The notes beneath the pieces are model-generated. The model ran no database searches, was not told the origin of the DNA, and saw only the letters and a list, made by a program, of their open reading frames with translations. From assembly GCA_030265395.1 (NCBI GenBank), contig JARFYF010000063.1, forward strand, positions 46,071,664 through 46,135,663: a stretch of DNA of 64,000 nucleotides, read 5' to 3'. The translations under genes and the position numbers were made by a program. Below, one piece after another: positions 12,101-23,729 of this stretch. Source of the DNA: Rhina ancylostomus. Lineage: Eukaryota. Numbering within the stretch: the first letter of the stretch is position 1; each line of letters begins with the position of its first letter.

Positions 12101-15100
12101 TGAGATTTTGCAGGAGATCTTCACATGCACCAGCCAGTAAGTCCCATGTGAAGTAGAATATCTGGTTCAATGCCCAACTCAAGTAAATCCCTTGTTACCC
12201 ACTTTCCTCACAGTATCCTTGTTGAATTTAGCAATCAGACTACTGATGATCAAATATGGGATTTGACCAGTCTTTCAAATAAGTACAACCCTAGTACAGA
12301 TGTCAGATGACGTAGTCTCATTAGTAATACATAGACTACTTCTGACACTCCATTGTAACTTAGAGTTGGTATTCAAATATGAACAAGCCTGCAGGAATCT
12401 CTCTCCATCCTCCAAGGATAAAACATTTTAACCTGACCCGATTCTTCCTAATTATAATCCACTCACGTTTTCACTGGCTAATGTTTTCAATTGACAAATG
12501 CATTTTTGTTTTTAAAATTATATGCATTTGTAGGATTAACCTGGATGTTTAACAAATGCTGTTCAGCCATGAACGCACACTACTTTAGAATACTGAGTTA
12601 AGGAACTTGAATGGATTTACTCTGAATTTCTCCCATAACTCATACAGTGCTTTTACTTGTCATACAGATTCAGTAAATTCTGCACACTTACCCAGTCTGC
12701 TCCCCACATTTACAAATTTTTAAACAGTCAGAAAAGTCTCTTTTTGAAAGCAGATCCTGAAGCTTCCCCAGTGCTGTAGATAATAAATGAGCAAGTCACA
12801 TTGTGTTGAGTCATAATGCCCTGCATTTGTACAGCATCGCCTGAGATTTAAAACATTCTAATGTACTTCACTGACTGTGAAGTGCTGAATAGAAAGCCCA
12901 CATACAATTTCCACATTGGGGCTAAGCTTGCTGAACCCAGACAGGGTGATAATTGGATAACAAAAATGGTTCTCAGAAAAAAAACAAGTGGAAAGGAACT
13001 TCAGTGGTCTTCACTAGAAACTACACATAGATGTTGCATCAGATCAGCTGGGATATTTTCCACAGGCTACCAATGATGTCTGTTAAGGCACACAAATAAA
13101 AGGGAGAAAATCCACTTACCCATGGTATTTAAGAGCTGCTGTCCTTTGTGGAACTGAGCGATGATCAGAAAGAACCTTTGAAATGCAAGGGCCCAGGTTC
13201 AAATCACGTGGAAGCTTCTGCTTGGATTAATTCCTGTTGCTTGTTCTATCAAATGCCACTTTTTTTTGGTAAATATATATATTCTAATCAAAATTCCCTC
13301 CTGGTCATTCTGCATGGTATTTCTTTTTTAAAACCAAACACTGCAGCAAACTGGAAAACTTCAGTGTTCTTGCAGAACATTTTGGTAATATTGCCCATTC
13401 CTGCATGATGAAGATGAGTTATATCCAAGCTAGCCGGTCCATCATTTTCACTAGTTTTCAAAGAAAATTTTATTGAACTAAAGTCCAATAATTCAAAACA
13501 ATGCAAAGCCAACTTGGCAGTCACCCATCACATCTGAATGTCATAGTCCAGCCAAAACCTATTGCAATTCTAAACCACAGCAACTAATTGGCTCATTGCT
13601 AGTCATCAGGGTTAAACAAACTTCGTCAAAATGAAGCTCAAACCTCAGAAATTCAAACTTTCAATTATACACTAGTAATGGTTTGGTTGGTCTATGTTAC
13701 AGTATGTACTACACCAAGCTGCACCCACAATGACAATTATAGCAACATACTTACAGAAAGTTCGAAGATGAACAACTGATCCTTAAATGGTACGTAGCAG
13801 CGTTGGTGTGGAACTGAGTGATTCATACATGGAGAGCAGAAAGCCAATTTATCCTGACTTAGCCAACCTCAGCAGGGACATCAAGAATATGTTGATTTGT
13901 CATCACCAGCTCGAGGTGGTGTTACCAGAGTCCTGTTGTTCATCTCAACCTCTTGCAGAATGATTGCACTTCGACAACTGCCAGGCTCAACCATTGTCAC
14001 AAGTGTTGCAGACACTTGCCATCTCAGATTTTGTGAATATATCCTGATAATGTAGCTACACCCCAGCTTAGATCAAAGGCTTTTAGGCTGGTAGCAAGGA
14101 TTGACATGTACTAATTAAATAATTTTAATAAACCCAACCCTAACTGCTGGTTGCCCATAACAGTTATTCAAGAAAGTGACATTGTATACATCACAAATAG
14201 ATGTCTCTTTCTAAAACCACTGAACAAGTGCATACAACTGCAGCTGACATGACAAAGTGGTAATAAACTACAGCTAACCACACATCCTCTGATTCTTATT
14301 AGGTAAAGCACATCATTCTGTAAAGTACTGTTACTGGAAGGTTTCAAATTCAAGCCTCACTCAGGTAATCTCTGCAGCAATTAGGATAATTGATTTCATG
14401 TTCCTAGTCTGGAAACAAAAAACAAAACCAAGACAGGTTCTTATGCTCAACCATTATCAAACAAACCCTGCTGGACAGCATTCTTAAAAGTTAAAACACT
14501 CTTTGCTGCTGCTGCCCTTCAGCCAAACATTCACACTCGAGTTAGCACTTGGTTAAGGTATTGCCTTCAGTTGAACACTTTTAGCCAAAGCTAAACTTGG
14601 ATCTAATTGAGGGCTAGAGAATGTGTACAACCCACTGGAAATTCGCACAAAGGANNNNNNNNNNATTTCAGAACTAAATGCTGAAAAGTTAATAACAAAT
14701 ATATCTCTGAGATTCACATTTCTTAAATGATTAATTTTGAATGTGGAATGATTCAACTCCTTGATTATGAAATCTACTCACGTAACCCAATTTTAACTGT
14801 AAGGATGGTGACATAATGAGGTCTAAATGCACAAAGCTGGCAATCACAGAGCGCAAGTGTTTTCATGGCAAACAGTGATTTTGAACTATTCAACTGTAGA
14901 AGTTGATATTATACAGTGCAATTTACCCAAATGGAATACAGAAAGCAAATTTCTAGATCCTTTGAGCATACTTACACAAGCATTTCCAGAAGCACAGTGC
15001 TTCTCATATTAATTGCAATCCTGCTATAATCCATAAACACACTCATTAGAAGGCAGCATTTTCTTGGGTATATCATTCGCCCATCAATTATTTCATACAA

Positions 15101-16789
15101 AACAGAAGGTTCTAGTTTCTTATTGACTTTCATTAGAATTGAAGGATTTTAAGAATCTATATGGACAAGTATGTCAAACTTTTCTACAAACATCACAGGC
15201 GAAAGAACTGAATAACTATTCATACCAAAATTTATGGAATGCCATCAGCTGTGGGTACCAATTCAGTGAGTGTTCCTGCCTTAGCCAAGCTTACAACTGG
15301 TCTCACCAAAAGCTCAAATTCCAGCAGGAATCACGGTATCAAAAACTGATTTTTACAGTTTGTATTAACAAATTCATCCAGAGTAAACCCAGTAAAGACT
15401 TTGTACATCACCACACAAACCTTTTGATTATATTAAAAACTTAAGCATCAGGAAAAGTCTGAACTGAGCATCTTCAAATTCTGGCCAAACGTTTGTTTTA
15501 CCTGCAAGTCCAACTTTGGATGAAGCCAATTTATAGGATATTAAATCCCCTCACTTCCCCCCCCCCCCAAAANNNNNNNNNNNNNNNNNNNNNNNNNNNN
15601 NNNNNNNNNNNNNNNNNNNNNNNNNNNNNNNNNNNNCTATGCTTATCAGCCATCTGCACATCCTTGCAGAGCAATGAGAATCAGGAGGTTCAGCCATTTT
15701 CTACCTCTTTTCCTAAAAATGCATTCTAAAGGAATATTGCCATTAAGACCACACATCTTGTCGAATATCAGCTAACTCACCAAGAGAAGAAGTGGACATC
15801 ACAGAGTTCCGAATATCCTGAGATATAATACATAGTTAGTGGGCTGACAGGAATCAGACAAGATTCTTTGAGCCCAGTGCCTTTCCCTGTTCAAAACTGA
15901 GACTTTGACTAATTATCAACACTTGTTCAAATCAGACACCTCAAATGCTCTTACATTCTAGAGGAGTTGTTTCCATAATATCCTTATAAATTATTTAATA
16001 ATTACAGCTAAATGGATATGGAACCAACTTAATTTTGTAAAAATGTTGAGATCTACAGAAGTTACTTCAACAATTAAGGCTCTAAATATATTGTCCTATA
16101 GTCATCTCCCATGTAAATTTATTTCAGTAAAGCAGGAGGAATACAAAGTTATTGTGATTCACTAATGGTGTTTGAACAGGTTACATATGATAGAAAAGTG
16201 CATAATTTACAATGTCACTTATGCATTTCTTCTTAACAGTTGCAGAACATGGCAGTAATGCAAAATTTTACAGCACATGCACTTCAACACCTTTTCCTAC
16301 AAATCTGGTAAACTATTGTTACTCAACTGGTCACTTTAGCCTGGTTCCAACCATTCAATTCCACCTGCAGTGCAGTTAATCATAAACAGGTTGTTGTCAC
16401 CTGGCCAACACATAAAACCTTGTGCCAGGGTTATAAATTTTCTAGTCTCTAGCGCAGTCATGCTGGGAAGGTACAGCTCTTGCTCTTGCACAGGCACACT
16501 GAATCTACTTCATATCCCATTAGCAAGTAAATGACAGAGCTTAACTCAGCTGAACCAGTGACATATCAACAGTCATAGTTACACCACTAAGCACACCAAA
16601 GAGCAAAAGCAGTATTAAAGAGCGTCACATAACATCGGTTGGCAGGTATCCCACACATTTAGAGCTTCACGTAGATTCTTCCATATTTTAAGACTTGTCT
16701 GCATTTAAGCACAGTTTAGACCCAATTTTTCAAAAATTTGAGATAAAAGTACTTATACAAATTCTTGAAACAGCCTTATACATGCCCAA

Positions 16790-17990
16790 GACATAGGAGC
16801 AGAATTAGGCCGTTTGGCCTATCAAGTCTGCTCCACCATTCGATCACAGCTGATTTATTTTTCTCTCTCAACCCCATTCTCCTGCCTTCTCCCCATAACC
16901 TTTGAATGCCCTTACTAATCAAGAACCTATCAACCTCCGCTTTAAATATACCCAATGACTAGGCCTCCAGAGCCGTCTGTGACAATGAATTCCACAGATT
17001 TACCACCCTCTGGCTAAAGAAATTCCTCCTCACCTGTTCTAATGAGGTCATTTTATTCTGAGGCTGTGCCCTCTGGTCCTAGACTCTCCCACCACTGGAA
17101 AACATCCTCTCCACATCCACTCTATCCAGGCCTTTCAATATTCAGTAGGTTTCAATGAGATCCCCACTCATCCTTCTAAACTCCAGCAAGTACAGGCCCA
17201 GAGCCATCAAACATTCCTCATGTTAACCCTTTCATCCCCGGGATCATTCTTGTAAACCTCCTCTGGACCCTCTCCAAACCAGCACATACTTCCTTAGATA
17301 TGGGGCCCAAAACTGCTCACAACACTCCATGTGGTCTGACCAATGCCTTATAAAGCCTCAGCATTACATCCTTGCTTTTATATTCTAATCTTCTTGAAAT
17401 GAATGCTAACATTGCATTTGCCTTGCTTACTACTGACTCAACCTGCATGTTAACCTTTAGGGAATCCTGCACAAGGACTCCCAAGTCCCTTTGCACCTCC
17501 AATTTCTGAATTCTCTCCCCGTTTAGAAAATAGTTTACACTTTTATTCCTTCTTCCAAAGTGCATGACCATACACTTCCCTACACTGTATTCCATCTACC
17601 ACTTCTTTGCCCATTCTCCCTACCTGTCTAAGTCCTTCTGCAGACTCTCTGCTTCCTCAACACTACCTGCCCCGCCACCCATCTTTGTATTATCTGCAAA
17701 TTTGGTCACAAAGCCATTAATTCCATCATCCAGATCATTAACAAATAATGTGAAAAGTAGTGGACCCAGCACCGAACCCTGCAGAACACCACTAGTCACT
17801 GGCAGCCAACCAGAATAGGTCCCTGTTATTCCCACCCTTTGCCTTCTGCCAGTCAGCCAATCCTCCATTCATGCTAGTACCTTTCCTGTAATACCATGGG
17901 CTCCCATCTTATTTTGCAGCCTCATGTGTGGCATCTTGTCAAAGGCCTTATGAAAATCCAAGTAAACAACATCCACTGACTCTCCTTTGT
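16790..17990 (-). mobile_element. CR1-like LINE, 5'-truncated, comparatively young
   Basis: ORFs 17620-17868 (WLTGRRQRVGI...SGVLQGSVLGPLLF...KFADNTK) and 17317-17595 (KCMVMHFGR...RDLGVLV...LYKALVRPH). Confidence 0.93.
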
Positions 17991-19018
17991 ATACATGAAC
18001 ATGATACTATTTTCCAAAATATTCCCACAAAAAGGCTGCTTGTTCTTCTAGCACAAGTTTTATATTAAGAAAGCAGTTTATAATATCATTCACCATCGCC
18101 AGCATACTTAACACTTTGGCACTGGGGTGCCATGATTAACAATGCAGAGCATGTGTCATCAACCAGTCAAACTCATGAAAACTGCCACTCACCAAGAGGA
18201 AAAAAACAATTTCCCCCAATACAAGTCTCACTCAATAAATAATGTCTCAATATTTCAAAAAACCTTCATGGTAAATCTTAGTTGTTAACTAAGAAAGTTT
18301 TTTATCCACCACCAATCAAACCCATTTTAAAAACATTTCCCACCTACATAAAATGATTTGCATTCAGCCTTGAACACATTTCTAATAGCGTGTTCTTAAA
18401 TTATGCAGAACAATCTCCAATGTGCAATTCTGAAAGCTTCAGCAGCAGAGCTCAGATTCAAAGCAGATTGATCCTGGACTCTCACTGCATTAAAGTCCTC
18501 CAGGCACCTGCTGAAAATCATTACATGTACCAGTAGGCAGACAGGACAGTGACCAAAAGGAAAATAATCTTGTTTATCCTGACCACATTTCAAGCTTTTT
18601 ACAAAGAATTCCAAACTCAAGATCTCAAATATCCTTACAACAAACGTGTTTACTTTAACAAAGGTCTACCAGGAGCCATGATAACAGACTTAAAGCCACA
18701 TTTTTTTTTAAAAAAGAAACAATGATTTACACTTGCTTCATGTTTTAAAGCAGAGTCATCAAGGCTTGCAGCAAATACATCCAAACTGATACACTTGCAA
18801 GTCAACCCAAGAATATAAAGGCCAGAAATAATCAATCCATTATTTTCATTCTTTCTACCAGAATCTGCAATTCACATGGATTTATGTTGATGAAATTTCT
18901 CCTCCTGAAAAGTTTAGGATCTGTGAACAAGCATCAACACACTCTACTCCATAAAGGAGCACACAATGTGACAACCATGATAGTTTAAAAAAAAATTATC
19001 AAAAGAACTTTAACTCAC

Positions 19019-19103
19019 ATAATCATGAAAGGCTTTTGCTTCACTTGAATGTTCACATGTGTCTCGCCTTTCAGGAGCTGCACAGTAAAGGTCCCAAAAT
19101 ACA
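19019..19103 (-). CDS. SSBP3: SSBP3-like coding exon 4 (end of LUFS); further exons lie beyond the window start
   Basis: Read by hand. Polypyrimidine tract with TATCAG|T, donor TAT|GTGAGT; 85 nt; [28 protein letters not shown] (ERRDTC is SSBP3-type). Confidence 0.93.
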
Positions 19104-19319
19104 CTGATAGAAAAAAAGAAAAAGATTGTTAACAATTTCACATTCTAAAATGCTGCACTCAAGTAAATAATTCATTTCTTAATGATAAAAATAAGGAACA
19201 TACAAGCATTGAATCCCCAAGATCCATTACAATTTCAGGTCAATGAATTCATAGAATTAAAAAGCAGCAAATTCATAATCAGCTGAATTTATACTTTTTT
19301 TTAAAAAGTAGTATTTAAA

Positions 19320-19375
19320 TTTTTAATTTATTTTATTTACAGTGTGGTAACAGGCCCTTCCGGCCCAACGAGTTG
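19320..19375 (-). mobile_element. Truncated SINE 3' tail fragment
   Basis: TTTACAGTGTGGTAACAGGCCCTTCCGGCCCAACGAG is nearly identical to the start of the 7320 copy. Confidence 0.75.
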
Positions 19376-19674
19376 AAGAGTAAAAAGTGCTGTGTTACTT
19401 ATGCTGAGTAACATTAGTGCTCATGGTACTTGACTGCAAATACCAACTGTAAGGGAGGAGTTATAATTCCAACCCAAGTTCTTAGTCTACTTCAAGGCTT
19501 CTATCAGTTCCATTCATGTTGTGTGCTGCACATTCACAAATACCCTGGTTCCGCCTTGGGCCTGTACCTGCAGGTACTCTACTGAAACATTTATCTAACT
19601 GAACCTGTGAATTTGCAAACCACTTTGTCATCATTTCATATAATTAGTGTTCCACCAACATCTCTACAACTTAT

Positions 19675-19912
19675 TTTATTTATAGCTTGGTAACAGGCCC
19701 TTCTGGCCCAATGAGTCCATGCCGCCCATTTTAAACCCCAAATTAACCGACCCGTATGTCTTTAGAATGCGGGAGGAAACCAGAGCACCTGGAGGAAACC
19801 CACGCAGACACAGGAGAACGTACAAACTCTTTACAGACAGCCACGGGAATCGAACCCCGATTGCTGGTGCTGTAAAAGCGCTGCGCTAACTGCTACGCTA
19901 CCGTGCTGCCCC
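19675..19912 (-). mobile_element. tRNA-derived SINE (V-SINE/HE1-like)
   Basis: Same family as 7320-7565, full length. Confidence 0.85.
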
Positions 19913-22900
19913 CATTCTGCTATATTCACATCACAGCCCTCAAAATGAAATCCTGCCTTATTTTAAATAGACCTACTTGCACCATCCCAAAGTCAATCAT
20001 CATGCTTTAACTTGTCTATCCCATCCCACATCACAATCTCAAATCCACTCTCAAAAGCAACAGTTCTTTTCAAGGTACGTTGCCGCACCCACCAGCAGCC
20101 TGTCAAAAGATCCAAACTGTAGCTTCCAACTTTTCCACCAGAATTCTCAAGTCTTTACCCAATTTGCAAACAGACTCTCAGATAAACAACGATCCATTTG
20201 CCCCTTTCAGTTTAATCCATGAAATCTCCCATCTGACTGCAACTTGAATAACAATCTTTTGCCTCATAGTTGGGAAACCATTCCAATTATCAATTACAGT
20301 TCTTGAAATGCTATTTGATGTTTAGCCAGAATGTGGTTTTTGTCACTTCATAGTCATGTCTCAGTCCTACAGCTGGAGTGCAACCATAACCTTTTCTATT
20401 CCAGTTGATATTTTCTTGACAATAATATTGCCGATCATTCACCATTACTGATTGCACCTTTAAGATTCCAAAGCATCTCAAAGCACTTCATAGAAGCAAA
20501 ATTTAACACTGTGGTATACAAGGAAATGTTACAACAGATGACCAAATAATTGCATTAAAGACAAACATACAAACACACCCTTTGAACTCAAGTCAACAGG
20601 CAACAATCAGTACCTCAAGTTGGTTCTTAACCTCCCTAGCCTGAGGGTTACTAAGGACACTTGTAGTACCGCACCACCCAAACAGAGATTAGCAGAGTCA
20701 CAGATTGAACCTGGAATTTTTATGATCAGTACGAATCAAACAATAGCTCTTCACAACTATGTTAAACACTGCTCTTTTGGACAACTTACTCCCAAGCCTA
20801 TACTTTTAAATGACACAGCTTACTACCTTCACTCAACGCCTCACCATAACAACGTAGGCAATATCACAAACACAGCAGGGGAAGTTGTTTGAGAATGAAC
20901 ATGCATCCCCTTGCACTGCTGTCACATTTGCATTAGTAGGTGGGCTGGTAATAGACTTTGAATAGTAACCAAAAACATAGCCCTTTTCACCAAAGCCTTT
21001 AGGATACAAAATACATTACTGTTATTGGTTACGTAGAAGGCACATTTTCAGACCAGATGAAGAGTTTTAAAAAGTTCCATCTCGAAATACAAGAAGCTCC
21101 AAGCACTGTGTCTGCTCACAGAACTACAAAATCACAAGTCAATTTTTCTCAAACCAGAAATGGACTAATCAATAGCAAAGTTAAAAAGCACAATAAATAA
21201 GTACACTTCCTCACTGCCACTGGAGATGAACTAGAAAGTAACCACCAAATTACAGTCATCATGATTCACAATCTTTGTCCCACTGGTGAACTTAGATTTA
21301 TTAACATAAACAAGGAATATCCTGCTGAGTACCTAGAACTGGATAGGAAATGTGCATCACAGACTCTCCCAGAAAATTAAGCCAAATAGTTGATCAAATG
21401 TTGCAAAAAAAAGTAAAATTAAAATTGTTCATTTTCCTACATTACAGAATAACTGTTCCTGTATCAACATTCCAAGGAACATATTATAACATTCCAACTC
21501 ATTTGTAATTGACAAAGGAAATGATTAAGCATGATTTAAACTTGCACTGCATGACATTCAGTACCGAAAAAAATATCACACCCCAAGAAATGGATTCCAA
21601 TTTTGATTTCCAACATAGTCATGAGCACTGGCATTACATGGAGGTACCAAGCTAAAGAATACACTTCCCAATGAGACACGAAAGTGTGCCCGCAGTGAAT
21701 GATGGAGATACAAGCAAACTGACTCATGGGCTGACTAAGCCTGCCCAAAATTTTTGTGTTTACATGTAAACGTATATGAATCAGTAAATGTTTGAAACTA
21801 ACGCTACGGCAATCTACACAGGCTGCTACAGACAATCACGTGCAACCAAATTACTCCACTTCAAAAGTCCATATACCCAAAAGACAATATACACATTCCT
21901 TTGCACAGACATCTCTCCCGTGTCTGCTATGCAACTTCTAATTCACTTCAAAGGCATATTTCTAACAACACTGACCACGTCATACAGCCAAAGGAAAATC
22001 CAATACTTCTTGCTCACTCCACTGCCCTCAAAGTAGAGGGGCCTCCAACATCTTGCTCTATCCATCCAAATACCCAACAGGCAAAACTAGTCCCAATAAA
22101 GTCATCCTGATAAGAATTGAGCCTGGTCTGATTCACCAATCTGTACAGAACTGAACTGGTGGAGAACAAAGGTAGTTAGTACTTCCATTCAATATAATAA
22201 CTGTTATTTGGATGAGCAATGGACAAGAACCCAATCAAGAGCACATCCAAAGATTTTCAATGACAACTTGGATGAGCTGTCAGACAACTGCTAACACCTG
22301 TGGAATTGCACTTCAGCAATAGGCAAAATGAGGGAGAAAAATTGGAAGATAACTTCCTCCCTCCACCACCACCACCCCCAACACATCCTTCGTGCAATTT
22401 CCAAGGTCTCAATAACCACTGAAACAATTATTACCTACCAGTTCTTATAACCCACCTAAACACACATACTTTTCTTTGATTCGCTTTAACAAAGTAACAA
22501 GATAGAATAACACAATTTTAAGAGAAAATTAAACCCACACAACAACACAAATAGTGTTCTAAAGTCTTGAAACCAACAATAATACAATAGTTTATAAACA
22601 ATACGCAGTAAAGAAACTAGGAAAGCAGCTACACACATGACATTTTTAATCACTGAAATTGACAAAATTTTGCACATTTCAATTAACATAGCTGCATAGC
22701 ACAAATAGTAAACAAATCCTGCATACTATGATTTAAAACAAAACACAATACACTGTAAACAATTTAATTAGCTCCAAAACTTATGATTTTATCAAGAGAT
22801 GCCTGTTGCTGTTATAACCCTTTGTGTTGATTCCCCATTATCGTCTGTTATAATGCTGCCTAAAAGTTACAAGAGAAGCCACAGAATCAAGGTATCATAG

Positions 22901-22976
22901 AATATATTTATAACTGGGAGCAATGATGGGAACTCTGCACAAGCCCAATGTGGGACACTCAAAATTATCTACTTAC

Positions 22977-23038
22977 CACCACCAGGAGTGTAAAAACCCA
23001 GGAGGTTCTCCTAATGTAATATTTTTCTCACATCGTAT
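22977..23038 (-). CDS. SSBP3: SSBP3-like coding exon 3 (LUFS)
   Basis: Read by hand. Acceptor TTGTAG|ATA, donor TG|GTAAGT; 62 nt; [20 protein letters not shown](C). Confidence 0.93.
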
Positions 23039-23263
23039 CTACAAACCAAAAGCAAAAAAAAACTCAGACTAAGTCCAGAAGAAAAACGGGGAGAGGGGTT
23101 GTTGACGAGGGAAGACAGCATTCAAAACTAGTCAGTTGAATAGAATTTTTTTTTGTTTTGTAGCCACAATAAATGGCAAAAGGTTAACACAATTCAAAAT
23201 GGAGGCGAGATTGTCCGCCTGAGAAACAAAGGCTAAAGCGGAGTGATGGAGACATGCAGTTAC

Positions 23264-23336
23264 CTCTGAGAGGAAGGTCTGTGCAGATTTCTGTGCCCCG
23301 ACATGAAGCAGATATTCGTACACGTACAGAGCCAAC
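23264..23336 (-). CDS. SSBP3: SSBP3-like coding exon 2 (LisH/LUFS)
   Basis: Acceptor CTGCAG|G, donor GAG|GTAACT; 73 nt; [24 protein letters not shown]. Confidence 0.93.
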
Positions 23337-23545
23337 CTGCAGGCGAAGGAGACACAAAGGAGCCGGTTACAAGGCTATCTATTTATTACAGCGGGAATGC
23401 GGAGCGAGGGGGAGAGGGAGAGAGCAAGTGAGGATCTGGGGGGGTTGTCATCGAGCGACGCTGCACCCAGCCAGACCCGCCGGACACAATGTTTCATTCA
23501 GTTTCTTCAAAGAAGCGGAAACGCACAGCCTGCGAGTCAAAAACA

Positions 23546-23566
23546 AATAATAATAATAATAATAAT
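23546..23566. repeat. (AAT)n microsatellite in SSBP3 intron 1
   Basis: About seven AAT units. Confidence 0.85.
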
Positions 23567-23673
23567 GAAAAGCACTTTAATCCCCGGGATTTGCAGCGGC
23601 CGCTGCCCGGCCCCGGGGAGCCTATAAACGCTGAGAAATTTCGTATATTCTGAATAACAAAAATTAAACTTAC

Positions 23674-23729
23674 TTTTCTCGAGCTTGCCCGTCCGAGGGC
23701 ACCGCCGAACCTTTGCTTTTAGCGAACAT
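23674..23729 (-). CDS. SSBP3: SSDP-family (SSBP3-like) coding exon 1
   Basis: ATG at 23729; MFAKSKGSAVPSDGQARE(K); donor AA|GTAAGT; 56 nt. MF and SDGQ are SSBP3-type residues (SSBP2/4 have MY and SDSQ, from memory). Confidence 0.9.

Noticed and set aside
1-19018. SSBP3 exon 5 (SAAAAPSPV...)
   Set aside because: No matching sequence with splice sites was found; intron 4 is known to be very large in this gene, so the exon is probably outside the window.
19019-23729. Calling the gene SSBP4 because of human chr19 linkage with KEAP1
   Set aside because: The diagnostic residues as I recall them match SSBP3 better; SSBP4 is kept only as an alternative pending phylogeny.
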